64,000 nt of DNA from Trichoplax sp. H2 (taxonomy: Eukaryota), in assembly GCA_003344405.1 (NCBI GenBank), contig NOWV01000024.1, positions 496,001 to 560,000 on the forward strand. Direction: 5' to 3'. The notes under the pieces were generated by a model. The model was not told the origin of the DNA. It was given only the letters and a program-made list of their open reading frames with translations, and did not search any database. Of this stretch, positions 27,889 to 42,327 are shown one piece after another. The first letter of the stretch is position 1, and every line of letters starts with the position of its first letter. The position numbers and the translations under genes were made by a program.

Positions 27889-30800
27889 ATGCAACTATTA
27901 ACTGCTACATTGATATTATTTATATTTTCAACACTTGGCCAAGGCCAGTGGTTGACAAACGACAGGTAGACGATTACTTATCTGTAACATAGAATCTTAT
28001 TTAAATCCTCAAAATTAGATCCGCTGCCTTTAATAGCTGTTTGTTAATAAAGTTGAAGGCTATATTATCATATGCTCTATTCCTAATCTTCTCTGAATAA
28101 CTATGGTATTATTTGGCTACAGTAGAAATTTTTCCTGTAGAAAGATTTAAAAATAGTTTAGTGCAGTACGGTACCATATCAAGACTGGAGAATGAAGTAC
28201 TAAAAATACTATCGCAATTTGCAAATTTCACAGTACTTCAAGATACAGTAATCGTGAAGCTTCTGTCTTCTGATGTTAATTTCAGTTAGAAGAAAGATTA
28301 AATACGGATTATTTATACTAAAAAATTAAAGGATACATTTTTCGTATTAAATACATGCTGCAAATACTTCTTGCTCCAGTCAATGATAGCTAAAACAGTG
28401 ATAGTAAATTTTCTTTAAATATTTCATTTTTCTTTTCTCTGATATAAATTAACAAAATCTCTTAATTTCTGCAATTTCAAAATTAGCTCACGATACAAAT
28501 ACCTTACAGATCAATTTGTAACCTTTCTTTTGCCTTTATTTCTCAACGAAAGGGTCGAAATTTGGGCTTTAAAATTAAGTACAGAATTATACACCCTTTC
28601 TGAGTCCCTAACGACGGTTGAAAATATCGTCCAGGTATGCAAATGAATTATGATTTTTAAATAAAAATTGACATTAGATATCAATTGATAGCTATTGCAT
28701 GAATAAAATTCTAAATATCATAAGGTATCAATATTTTGGAAAGAAAGTAGATAGTTTAAAGTATCATAACTTTACGTAAAATCAATTATCACTTTAGGAT
28801 TTTTTTTAACACGTTTAATATATTAGTCATAGAGTTAGTCATTTTTAGAGACAACCTATTACAGTTTCTTGATAACATAAAAATTTTAATAGTCCAATTC
28901 GGCAGCAGTTATTAGTGTAAAACTTGGACATATTTCAATAAGATATTCCAAATTAGATAGCAGGATTAAATAAATTAAGTTGCAGCATTGAGAGGTATTA
29001 CGATTCTGTAAATAAAGCAAGTAGCCTAAGGAACCCTAACTCTACGTGAAGTCTATAATTATTTTAGAATCTTTTGAAAACATTTAAAACATTAGCAAAA
29101 GATGTAAGCACTTATAGAGACAGCCTATTGCAGTTTTCCGATGACTCTAACATTTTAAAAATCCAATTCGACAGCAGGTGCAATTAAAACATTTTTACTC
29201 AGTGTAAAAAAATTAGGGAGCGAATATCGACATTGCAAATGATATAGCAGGATACCATCTCACGTTACCCAATTGGTAGAATTAGTACAGTCTTAGAATA
29301 GATATCAAAAAGACTGCTGTATTTGTAGATTTTGCATAATCTATTTCTAAGAAAATAAATTACAGTAGCTGAATAGAATTAATGGAATTCTCTCACTATT
29401 CAAAAAGGGAAGGCAGTGTCTAGATATATGTTATTGGGTTATCATTAAATTAAAATTTATTTATATGGTAAGACGGATTCTGGAACAAATATCTTCAGTA
29501 TGATTGTGCATAACTAAGATAATGAAGGAATAAATAGTGCAAGTTTAGGAGAAATGTATCTATCCTGTCTGCATATATACTGTAAAAAGTATATGCTTTA
29601 CCTATTCAGTTCTTGAGCATTTTTGATTTCTATTTCCATTGATGAACGATTTAATACAGCTCTATACACTAATTTCTTTGGCTTTTGTTTCAATTTTCTT
29701 AACTACATCGGTACTAACTAACTAATAGAATGATTAGCTGCTATAGTGTTATATGCAAAGGCAACAATGATACTACCTAATCCTAACTTCGTGTTAGATG
29801 CAATAAATAATTACAGTCATCCATCGCCAGAGATAATAATATCTAATGATGGAGTTCAGTATTCGAGCAAAATTATTTAAAATCTGCAAGTGTTACTAAG
29901 TAACAGAGAATAAAATATATTATACAAGCCTTCCATTTTCATAAGTATTGATAATTTATAAGGAAAAGTTTAATTTTGTAGAAATTTTTCACTTACAGAA
30001 AATATGAACATGAATTATTTAACGATTTTGACTTTGAATTGCACTAGGCTTATGAGGCAAAGAACGTCAGCGCTGTTTCTTTGAATGCCAGTGATATTGC
30101 ATCTCAATTTCGACAACGTTTAGGTGGCTTATTAAGCAGTAAAGTGGATGCGTTAGACGTAAGTTATTCATTAGTAAATAATAAAGAAATAATGATATAT
30201 AATTAACAGCTATCAAGAAAATGGATTTTAACTTGTAATTCTATATCTAACTAATCGCTAGCTGTCACACTACTAATATTTCATAAGCTTAGAAGCTTAG
30301 AAATAATTTCAACTCAATCTCATTGTCAAGTTATTCCTATTCGTTTTTATGTCTTATCTTAAGATTATTGAATCAATTTGTTTTAATACATCTTAGTACA
30401 ATTTATCATTCTAGTATGATTTCCTAATCAGCTAAATTTTACTTTTCGATATAACATAACTTTAGGAATTAATTAATGTAGCCGAAAAAGCATATAGTGA
30501 TTACAAATACAATGATTCATTGAAACCGGGAGATGTACAGGTAATTATGGCAATATTTTCTTTTACCTACGCAAATAATTCTGATTACTTATCTAAAATT
30601 ATCTATGATATAATACTCTACTACCCTTGCCTATTATGCAGTCAAATAATTAAAAGGCGCTGATGTAACCTTCAAATTTATTGTAGACTAGCTGTTTAAA
30701 TAAACTCACTAAAAAATTACAATTCAGTAGAATTTTCAAATTTAAAACGGTGTATTACTAGACCAAAAATTAAACTGATATAAAATTCGCATCAATAAGT

Positions 30801-33800
30801 ATTCTTAACGCAGAAATCTAAATGTTCATTCTGTCCATGTAGCCATCATACTTGCATAAAAATTTTAAACCCATATAAGCTTTAATTTTTTTCCCCATCT
30901 GATTATGTTTCCATCCGATTATAGTGGTATAATGCCAAGAAAATTCTGCTTAATAGCACTGATCCTGTATTTATATGCAATGATCGTTTCCAACGTAGCG
31001 TTAATGCCAACATTAGTGCAATCCAAGTTCCAACCAATGTCTACGACGGCGGTAAGCAATTCACTAACATAATAACAGTTTTAAGAGTAGTGTAAGCGTA
31101 AATAGTACATTTTGTAGTATTTTATATACCAGAATTACTGTACTTCTTGTCGCATAGCTTAACAAAGCTCTCAATTAAGATATTGATGTTGTTTCAAGAA
31201 ATCATTCGATCAAGTGCACTTTGATATGATGAATAGCAACATGTTAATGTCGTATTCACTTAAATAAATGATGTCTAGGCGTGAACGTATTAAATGCAAT
31301 CGAATGGTCAAACGCTGTTGATGCACAGTTTAATAAAAATTATTACTCGGATAAAACAATCAAGTGGCAATACTTTGGTAGTGCTACTGGTTTCTTTCGA
31401 TTGCACCCAGGTCAGCATCCATCTAGTTTGGCGTACTAATTTCCGTTTTGAAAGAAATTGATATCACGTTTAAACCATCATTATGCTATAGGAGCCATTT
31501 GGAGAGATTATAACTCCAACGGACAAGACTTATACGATTGCCGGAAAAGGCCATGGTAAGCTATAGCTTTCTGATTTCAAAATGAACACTCTAATCTGAG
31601 CCATAAGGAAATAATGTTAATTAATCTACTATTGTTATATCACTTACGCTCAAATTACCAATATCAGATGGATGATCTGAAGTTCAATTTTAATACTAAA
31701 TTTCAAGCTATAAAACATTTTTTTTTTAATAGGTACATTAGCAGCTCAAGCACGGCAAAAGACGTAGTCATTTTACTAGATGTGTAAGTAGGACAGCAAA
31801 TTACTGATTTATATATACTGTACTATTGTAAAACTAATTAACACAGAAACTAAAATGATTGTTATCGGAATGACTGTGTGGGATTATATGCCGTAATATA
31901 GGAGTGGCAGTATGCACGGAATGCCGTTGGATATTGCTAAAATAAGCATACAGAGCTTAATTCGAACGTTTGGAGAAAATGATTTCTTAAATATTGTCTT
32001 CGTAAGTTGAATTATAGAATTAAAATTTGATGTTTACGCAAGTATCAAATTGGATCAAGTTTTTGATTCTGATTTTGGAGTATTAATCGCTAATTATAAA
32101 GGCTGCATATTTCGGACAAGCGGTAAATGTAATAGTATTAAAGAGGATTATAAATTGATGTGATTTTAGCTTAATCGAATGCGTTTAATCATTAAGTAAA
32201 ATGATTTACTGGTTGCTTTTTTAAATTATGCTGTAGCTATGGCTTAAAAAAATTCTTTCATCATAGAACAGATTAGCATTATTCATAGTCCACCGTATTT
32301 ATTTATTTTATGAGAAAATATACCGTACATAATTAATTATATCTCCTTTCTGAGAATTATATATTACCACTTTTATTCGATCGGATCACCAATCCCGCAG
32401 AATATTGGAAAATATACATATTTATGCTTCCTTTCTCAAATTTCTTGTAACAAGTAGCCTTGTCTCTTTTCCGATATTTTACAGTTTAACAAAGACATTA
32501 ATTTGTCCATTCCGTGCTTTAAAGATGTTGTGCAAACTTCTGAATCTCACAAATACGTAAGTTTATACTTGAAAGTCAGCGATGATGCTAAAATAAGATG
32601 CTAGTATTGCCTATGTAATCGATATCAATGATAGCAAAAATATACCGAGAATGAGTTTACATTTAAAGCCGACAAGCGAAATGAATCTACGTCGTCAATA
32701 AAGACTTACATTTGCAGAATAACTATTTCGCTATGAAACACTCTCATTACAATTTTCTTGGCCGCCATCAGAGCTGTTATAATACCCGCTATAACTTGAT
32801 ACATATCACCTGATCATTTAGAAGTTTTTGAATTCTAACTCTATTTGAGAAAGTAATTTATCCTTAATCCAATTAGGTTTTCGGTAGAGCATTGGCAGCA
32901 AATATTCTAGACGGTGGCATAGCTGATTTTAGTAAAGCATATGACTATGCTTTTCAAATGTTACAAAGGGTAATTTAACTTCTGCAGTAAGATATTTAAT
33001 CACGGCTGAGTTGTATGTATAATAAGTGTACTCTGCAATTAGAGCTTATAACTGACTTATTATTACAAAAATTGGGAATCTGTACCTTCTCAGCTTTGTA
33101 CTTTATTTATGATTCTATTTTATTCCAATATCATATTATGATTGCTAATTATTTTACTTATTAGTTGCTTTTGCAGAGTGTGATTAGTTACAGTTAACAT
33201 CACGTAGCTTAATGTCTTATTTGTCATATGGAAAGCATTTCACTGAAATAGTGGTTATTGTATTAATTCTAGAGCAATTCAAATGTTGTCATAAAAATAT
33301 CTTTAAAAATTTGCGTTCATAATCTTTATACTGTAGTCGAGGTCAAAACAGGAACAAAAACGATGCCATCAACTCATCATGGTGTTTTCTGACGGAACAG
33401 AAGAGAGGCCAAAAGCTGTATTTGATAAATATAATGCTGATAAACAGGTTACTGTACATTAATGAAATCAATATATTTGCCGTATATAGCTTCTACTTTG
33501 ATCGCACGATTAATTTTCTCATATGCTATAGTAGTCTAATGAAGATTCTTGCTAATAAAATGCTTTGAAAACATTTTTGATTAAAACATTCTTTTCTGCT
33601 TTAGATCAGTGTCATTACTTATGGAATAGGCACAGTTACGTCACGTTTTGAAGCTTTACGCTGGATGGCCTGCTATAACAAAGGTATTCGTTATAACTCT
33701 TCAATATGATAGCCCTTTTACCCTTTATAGGTGGTTAAAATAATGTCAGTGACAGCTTTCGATGTCCTATCAATCTAATTACGTAATAATTATTCAGGCA

Positions 33801-36800
33801 AGTTCATTCGAATCTCAAACGTTGGAGCTATTCCGGATAACATTCAGGTTTTTAATGGCTTATATTATTTATCCATTATTATTATTACTTTTCATGTAAT
33901 ACTTATACAGTGTTGAATAATTGCAAAAGAAAATGATATTAGTACATTATATATCGATATAGATGTAGAAAAATTACCCTTTTGGCCTTCCGTACGTAGT
34001 TATTTAATTTCTGCATCGATATTGACTGTATCTCTTCACTCACTTTCAATTTAGAAATATTTAACAATTTTAAGTAATCCAACAGCTTTAACGAAGGAAA
34101 ATTATTTCACATGGAGTCCTGTCTATACCGACGTTTCTGTATGTTTATTATCAATTAATAAAGAGATAGTTTCTCCTATAAGTCATAAATATCTCATCAG
34201 TCAAAAAGGTCTAATTACATTATTAATACTTGTTGTCAATGCTATTCTAATAGGGACTTGGGTTACTAACAACCGTAGCAGCTCCTGTTTTCTTTCGACC
34301 GAATGTCTCAACGGTATTTTTAAATTTTGATTTAATAGGCCAGTGTATCGATTTACTGTCTAGGCTATAAACCTAAACTTCTTCACAGCCTTTTAATAAC
34401 ACAGCCTATGATAGTAAATAGTAGAGTTTTTACCTTAAACGCTATATAATCTATGCTTAACGGATTTTCTTAACCACTCATTTAGTATAACCAATCCGAG
34501 AATTACTTACTCGGAGTGATGGGATCCGATGTGCCCTTACGTGATGTTAATGCTACTATACCATATAATTTGGTAAATTATCGCATATTTAATTCAACTA
34601 GTGCACAAAGTATCGCTTATTTTGATAGATTTACCAGATTTGATGAATAATTCAACTTATAATATTAAATTAGCTGGGTTCTAATAGTTACTGCTTTGGA
34701 GTTGATAATAACGGGCGCATATTCTTTCATCCCATTATTGGTGAACAGGTAAAGTATTCTTGAAATAAGACTCAAAGGAAATGATTGCATTGTTAGCTTG
34801 CGATATTTAAGCTCTTCATGTACACTAATTATATAAAACATCTAATCTCTGTCAAAATTTATGCAATTAAATCGAATTAGAGAGGCTACTTAAGCGATCC
34901 TCCTGATTTGCAAATGCATGATTTAGAAATTGTTCATGGAAACATTTTGGTAAATCAGCTAATGTTTTGTATTGATAGAATGTGTGTAGTCTAAGAATTG
35001 GTATCATAGATATGATATAAATTCCCGTATATCTACTTTCTAACCTTTTTCTAATATTCAAATACCAACTAGGTCCAGAATGTTACTGCAGGCGGTAAAG
35101 TAGTGGAGTTTAAAATTCGATATAACGAACAGGTTAGACGAGCAATTATTACAAACAGAAATTATAAATAAGATAGCAATAACTTCTACTATTAGTTGAG
35201 AATAAAATATTAATCGACATTACTACTAAATTATTCATTATAGCTACGTAAAAATATGCTTTCAAGATTAACTGGTATGATGTATGTGACGACTACTGTC
35301 CACTTATCTAACAGTGTAAGAAATGGCAAACTAGTGAAATAATTAAGTGTGCTATAGGCTATATATTTTGGCATTAATTTGCCTACTTGTTTTTTTTTAC
35401 ATTGAAATAGAAACGTGTTATGTACATGGAAAGGCAATATCATTATGGTCCGGTCTTGAATGATTCATTTAGGTAAATTTATCAGCAAAGATATTCAATT
35501 ACTGATATTGCTGTGTTACGAAATTTACTCCGGTAATTAAGTGATATGAAGTAGTTAAAATCGGTATTAGCATCCTTATGTTATGGGCTTAAGCAATTCT
35601 TATATTTTCGATGTCAGTTACAATTATCACATTTTTTTTCTGAGCCATTAAAGTCTTGAATTGGCAGTATGCACTTGATGCAATTATATTTAGAAAGGCG
35701 AACGGGTCATTAAATTGTATTCATATTATGAACGTTAATATGATCAGATTTTTTTCAACTATGTTACGAGTTAAGAGTTTATTCATTGTTCTATTCTGTA
35801 TATATATGGATACACATTGGAAGTTATTCGTATCAATAATGATTGATATACGTATATTTTCTACTAATTCTTATATATGTAGTTCATATACAGAAAGATA
35901 ATTAAACGAAAGTATAAGTTTAAATAACATAAGCGAATACTACAATTATTTGAGCATGTTTGGGCCTAAGTATCATTTTGACCAAATTCTGTTTAGCATT
36001 AGCAGTTAAATTTAAATGTGCATAGAAGATTTATTAGTCTTAATACCAATTACAGTAGTTGATATCTATCATTTAATCTATGCAAAGTATTCCTTCTGGG
36101 CAGTGCGCTAACTTCTTTTTCTCAGCAATATTAATTAAAATGAACCTAAATTACTGGTATTCTTCTAGTTTCGGTACTGTTCTACCTAAAGAAGGCTGCT
36201 TTAACTTTGAAACTGCTCTCACTAATCAAGAGAAAACAGAAGGTTGGAATAATATGTTGTGCAAATAGTCACGGAAAAAAAGCATAATTAACGTGTATTA
36301 ATGGACAATTTTTATCTTTCTTCCTTGTCTCTCCTTTATTTGACATAGGTTTAGCTTTGTTAAATAGCAGGACGCGGTCTCCACTCTTTCTACAAATCTG
36401 GTACAATAATTTTTTTCAAATTTTGAGACGACTAGTATTTTAGCCCATTAACTATGATCTAATTTTCACTCTTTTAAAGCTGATTAATTTCTTCATTTAT
36501 ATAGGCGCTATTGTAGTTTATACAGCCAAGATGAAAGTGACATTTTGTTTGTGCAACGACCTACCCTAGAAATTAGTAATATTAGCGGCATCATTAATAG
36601 AATAAGCGAGCTGGTCTTTTCTCCTAATAATGCCGGATTTGATGAATGTAATTATGATTACAAATTAAATAGAACAAAGATGAATACTTCTTGGGATATA
36701 GCTGTCATAAGTAGTTCAATTGTCTTAACGAGTCTATTGCAAATTTGAAACTAGCATTAATTTAATAGGCCAGTAATTTTTACAATAGGAAACCTATTTT

Positions 36801-39800
36801 ACCGTCTTTAAGTAGACGAGCATGAATACCAGTATTCAAATAGTCAATTACATTAATGAATTTATCGCTTACGCACTCGTATAGGTTCGAAAGATCTTGC
36901 AAATCGGCTCGTTTTGGATGCAATTATACTACAGCAACTAGAAGATTATTGGACTAAAATAGCTAGAGAACATGCAAAAAGGTTGCGATTATTCCTTGCA
37001 TTGTCTTGCAATACCAATATTTAATCTGTATATATATATATAGTCCATAATTCCATAATTCCGGCTGAATTTTATCATCATGATTAATATCTTAATTACG
37101 ATGTAGAAACTACATTTTTCGAACATTTTATGGCTCAAGCAGTGGACTAACTAAACTTTACCAAGGAGGGTAAGATTTTCTATTCACAACATTACATTCT
37201 CATTAATCCGTAGGATGCACTAGAGTAGGTACTATAAATGAATAAAACAAGTGAAGTGCTTATCGATATTAAATCAATTCTGCAGATCATTTCAGTGCAA
37301 GGAGAGCCTATCTGGTGATTGTGCCATTAGGTAAATTAGAAATAGCATAATAAAAAATCTTCTCGGCTTTAAATGAACTCATTACTTGAAAATAAAAATT
37401 ACTGATATCTAGAATACAAACAATCGAATTAGACTGATTAACGGCTAATGAATATTTTCTGGCCTAGGAATATGTTCATTCCAATATATTCACTAGTATT
37501 AAGTAGGATATTATATAACATACAAACTATCATGGCGTTGCTCTATTTATTTCTAGTGAAGTCCCAAGTATCCCTAAGAATACCATTATGGCTGATTATT
37601 ATCGTTTGGCAGTAGCTCAAATTAATGCTAATTCATTCGTCTATTTGGCCAATTTAGGTAAAATTTACTATAGCTGTTAAATAAAAATAGCATTATTCAA
37701 TAATAAATGAACTTTTGTAATTGATTGAAAAAATTAAAAGTAGTGCTATCTTTCCGTAAACAAACATTATATTCGTATAGTTTTATTTTGAGATTGATTA
37801 GTATATCCTTATTTCTTCATAAAATTCTTGACTTATAAGTACATACATAAAGTATATATGCATATATCTAGGTTTTAGAAAATAGAATTAGCTATAAGTA
37901 CGATGCCAGAAGAAAATGTACGATTACTAAAATGTTACTTCACATGCTTTAAAAAATCTCCGTGATTTAAATAAAATTTATGCCTTAAGCGATAGTGAAT
38001 ACTTTCGACTACGGCATTATCTAATATATATCTTCTAATTTTTTAACAGATCGAAGTAGTCTGTCTGTTGCATCTATTGAAGTAGTCAAAGCCATTTCTT
38101 TGGAAGAGGATGCAAATGTTGGAGGTGCGTAAAACTAGCTAAAGTAGAGATGAATTGATATTAATTAATTTCAAAGAGCTTATAGTTTGAATATCGCTAT
38201 TTTAGACGCTTAAGAAAATTTTAATTTTGCTTTTCCTTTAGTCGTTGGGTTTCAAATGAATTCGGTCTTGCTATTCCAAATATTAATAGAGGTTATTCCG
38301 GAATGTATTACCAATAACGTAAGCTGAATTATATTATTTACTTTATTAAGCTCAACTTTTACCATTGATAACTTATCGTGTTGATCCTTTAAAGCATTCA
38401 TTATTGTCTAAGTTTAATCTAAGTTATTACTAGATACTCACATTTTTAGCGCAATACCAGTAAATATGAATATTTGCTAACAGCAATTGTAAACGTAAAC
38501 ACTTACATGGCCCATAAATGTTATTAGAATTAATAATAATATAGATTTCATTTCCAATTGTAATATTTTCTTGAGAGTTTTATATTGTTAATATTATCCT
38601 CGTATATTTCATTTACGCATATCTTATCAATTTCTACTTCTGATTTCGGTAAATTAACAACTCTCTCCTTTTTTTACCTCTGATTTCTAGAGTCTACGCT
38701 GTTATATCCTGGATCGTAATGGCTACGTTGTTATGTTTGCTCGGAAACGTATGGCATTTCATTCACATAAAGTTCAAATACCCGTAAGTAAACCTACGAC
38801 GCTAATCTAATTTAGTTATTAATTTCGAGATGTTTGGGATCGTTTATAATATATTTAAGTAGTTGCTATCATTTATTTCATGGTATGCTCCATTGCAATT
38901 CATAAACCGCAAATACGAGAACTACATTATCATGCTCTTAATCATCATTAGGTGCGCGAAGGGAAATTTGTAGGAGTTTATGAACCAGCAGTTGTTACAA
39001 GTTTGATTGATAAGAAAATAATGACAAGGTTTGTTGACTTGTCTAATAATTTGGTAGCTACATGAACTTATATGCTACATTTGTTAATATGGGTGTATCT
39101 TAACCTTTTAGTTTTATGAATTTTATGCCTATCTACTATTTAACAACATCTAACGTTTGTTACATATACTAATATACTTGAAGATTTATTTTAACCTTAA
39201 AGTTGATTAGTATACATGCAGTAAAAAGAGAATAATGCATACGATAATTCCTAGTATATCTTCTGTAGAGATTTGAAATATCGACAAAAAAATTGCTATG
39301 AAAATTAATATTTTCAAGATAAATTCCCGAATCATTAGCTATACGTAATAAAAAAAGTTTGCCTCATTTAATATCTCTGCTGTATAACTGAATCTTATCT
39401 TTATGTAACTAGAGAGGAATTTGTGACATATAACCAGCTATGTAATGGGCAAAAACCAGTCAATACTTATACGATAGCAAGCAGCGCCAGTCAAATACTA
39501 ACGGTAAGTTTCATCTAATCCTTTTAGAAATTATTTTTCCAAGTTTTTTATTTCTACACTGAAAGTTTTGACATATAATGCATTATATTCACAGCCATTT
39601 CGATTGTCGTTTAAAATTCTAATGGGATGGCTAGCACAGCTATCAACGTAAGTTAATCTCCATAAATTGGAATAAAAAGACAATCTGTTATTCGCTAAGC
39701 TTCAAATAACTATTATTCAAATCTCTAGGACCATAATTCATTTGGCTGGTGTTTTTCAGTACTGGATCTCAAGTACTTCAGGTAAGTTGTATTTTATATT

Positions 39801-40945
39801 ACCCTAGAAGTAGGATAATTTTCTATTAACTTTGACCAATGAAGCGCATCTGCTGTACACTATATATTATTAGGTGTTTGTGATGCTCCACAATCGAAGA
39901 ATGCATCCATCTACACTTGTGCTTTACTTAATAATCTATATATTATCAATCAAAATACTACGACACACAATGGTTAGTAAGTTATGGGTATTAGTTTGAG
40001 TACTAATGTCTAATAAATAGGCTTTTACGGACTAATTTAACTTATAATTCTTCTGCTTCAGGCACTGGCACATGCTCATCATGTTCTAGGTAAGATTATA
40101 CTCTAGTAATCTTTTAGTCAAATTTTCACTTACTGTAAATACTTAAACTGGCAACAGATGATTTATATGTCCATTATATCTTAAAATTAGATATAATTTT
40201 AAGATTTGCAAACTATACCGTGCAAGTAGTAAAAAATGCCGAGGGTCTAATAGTATACATTATATCGGAATTGTAGTAATCATCATTACTGTTTTGCGCT
40301 AGGATAGTTTCGGAATATGGACCTTTAATTGATGTATATCACAAAAAACCCATATTATTAGATCTATATTTAAATAAAATTCTACTAATGAAATTTCATG
40401 TAATTTACACTAGACCATATGTCATCAGCTCAATACCGGATAGCAACCTGTACCTGTTAGTTATTAATGACACAGAAACGTGCAATTGTCAGCCAATTGC
40501 ATTGGAATCTAAACAAAATATCCTTTTATTACTAATGTGGCTTATCGGTGATATCAATTATATCGATTTATAAAAATTCTTTGATAATTTCACTAGCTAT
40601 AATTTGGAAACAGTGGGCTAACAACTATATAATTAGATTATGATCTTTAACTTAGTGTCACTTTTCTTCGATCATTGTCAACAGTTACATTTATTCAGAA
40701 AGGAACCTTCATATTGTTCAAAAGTTGCTACGGTATACTGTCTTGAAAGAATAAGGCGTTAATAGCGATCTGATATTCATTTTTTTACCTTTAATATACT
40801 AAACACTCACTTTTATTACCATTTTTTGCCTTATTTGTAGGAATCGCTAGCAACTGCGCAAGTATGCAATAAAGCAGTAACATCGGCCTCTATCAATATT
40901 ATCTCAATTTTATTAGCCATTCTCGTACAGCAGATGATGAACTAA
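27889..40945 (+). CDS. CACNA2D: Voltage-gated calcium channel auxiliary subunit alpha2delta (dCache-VWA-dCache, predicted GPI anchor), 40 coding exons, ~1073 aa
   Basis: Exons: 27889-27965 (signal peptide MQLLTATLILFIFSTLGQG), 28553-28634, 30048-30158, 30466-30540, 30925-31051, 31279-31410, 31492-31555, 31733-31783, 31902-32001, 32485-32556, 32877-32969, 33337-33447, 33605-33683, 33798-33847, 34055-34138, 34254-34313, 34486-34572, 34674-34748, 34881-34949, 35073-35132, 35411-35472, 36169-36242, 36349-36400, 36505-36647, 36885-36981, 37107-37169, 37286-37330, 37557-37657, 38050-38124, 38242-38318, 38691-38783, 38952-39028, 39413-39503, 39595-39647, 39729-39781, 39874-39972, 40062-40089, 40414-40517, 40662-40732, 40841-40945. 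The total of 3222 nt is in frame. Motifs: IQVPTNVYDG, WQYFGSATGFFRLHPG, YDCRKRPWY, KDVVILLDVSGSM (MIDAS), IMVFSDG, WMACYNKG, LLGVMGSDVPL, CYILDRNGYVV, and a hydrophobic C-terminus with no cytoplasmic tail. Confidence 0.95.
40518..40661 (+). other. U12-type (minor spliceosome) AT-AC intron in alpha2delta
   Basis: 5' site ATATCCTTTT at 40518, branch-like TCTTTAAC at 40644-40651 and 3' AC at 40660-40661. Removing the intron restores the frame (...ESKQ-I-FFDHCQQLHLFRKEPSYC). Confidence 0.92.
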
Positions 40946-42327
40946 CCGAATCGAATGTTATCATGTCTGTATCAATACCTTTGCTATCGCTTCCGAATGG
41001 AAATCATTTATTCTTTATAAATTAACCACAGCAGTGCCTATTTAGTATCGCTGATACAGTATAGCATAATTTTCATATTCAATCTTATAAGATATTCATG
41101 TTATTCTACCATTTGTAAAAACTTGCAACCATTTCATTGCATAAACTTATTTAATATTGTCATAAATTTATCCTGTAGACAGATTTTGTAAATTTTATAC
41201 TCTTAAATATTTCAATCAATTTTTTTACAGTGCAGATCATACATGATTTAATCATTAATTTAGAGTTAAAATAAAACTATGTCTTTTGGCCAACAAAAGT
41301 AGAGAAATACTGTTCTGGCCTGTAACTTGGGAATTCATAATTCTATATTTGATACCATTTACCAGCAATACTTTGACACTTTAATTAATTACTAGCCATA
41401 TTTATACAATTACAAAATTTGTATTATTTATAGTTGGCTATATAATAATTTTAATCCATAAACTGTATTAATGCTTTTAACAACTATTAGTACTGAGTAA
41501 TAAATTGTATTGTATTCCTGTATCTTAAATGCAGTCGCGGCCTGACGATTACTAAATTACTACAACAGGATAGGAAAGACAATTTGTCTCAAATGTATAA
41601 GATCAAAAGCTAACTTTATTTGAAAATAAGCTTATTTGTATACTATATGACGCCGTACGAGATACATCAGTATAATATAATTATTATCTAGATATGGTAG
41701 TGATCAGTATATGCTATTTAATTTTAAAACGACAAGTCTCATATTATACATTACTAGTAGAATTTGAACGGGAATTAAATGTTACACCAAACGTATGCTT
41801 AACATTTGAGAGTGAGACTTTAATTTTACGATAGATGCCATGTTGTAACAGTCTTCTTTCATCACTTATACAATCCAAGAAGGGTATACTTAAATGGTTT
41901 CTAGATTGCAATTGTGAACCGAGACATTACAGTAACTTTGTTACATTATTAATGCTTGCGACATTCATAGGTAAAAAGTAACAGCTATACGAATGTCTTA
42001 GGAAACGAGTCAAACAATACAATTTTATTCTTGAAAATCTAATGAAAATGTTCCACTAATTTGAGAAAACTTTCGATATATAAAATTACTGATTTTTACC
42101 TGATAATCTCTTCAATTTTATTATGCAAAAACTATCAGGCAACTAAAAATTTTGCAAAGGCATTAATAGTTTTTTAAGGTTCAAACATCTTCCATTGATG
42201 TTCATTAAAGGTTTATAGATAGAGAGTTAATATTAATCGATTGAATACTATTACACGTATCTTATAGTGTGAATATGAAATACAGTATAGGTGTATTACA
42301 ATATATACAGTTTAGCTGCTATTGCTA

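Noticed and set aside
37803..37812. Other ATATCCTT/GTATCCTT-like strings (also near 11236 and 44197)
   Set aside because: They are not at exon boundaries on the coding strand, so they are not U12 donors.
7826..40945. Idea of a Wnt module formed by PORCN next to CACHD1
   Set aside because: The gene has a DVSGS MIDAS and a GPI-type end without a cytoplasmic tail, so it is a true alpha2delta and not CACHD1.
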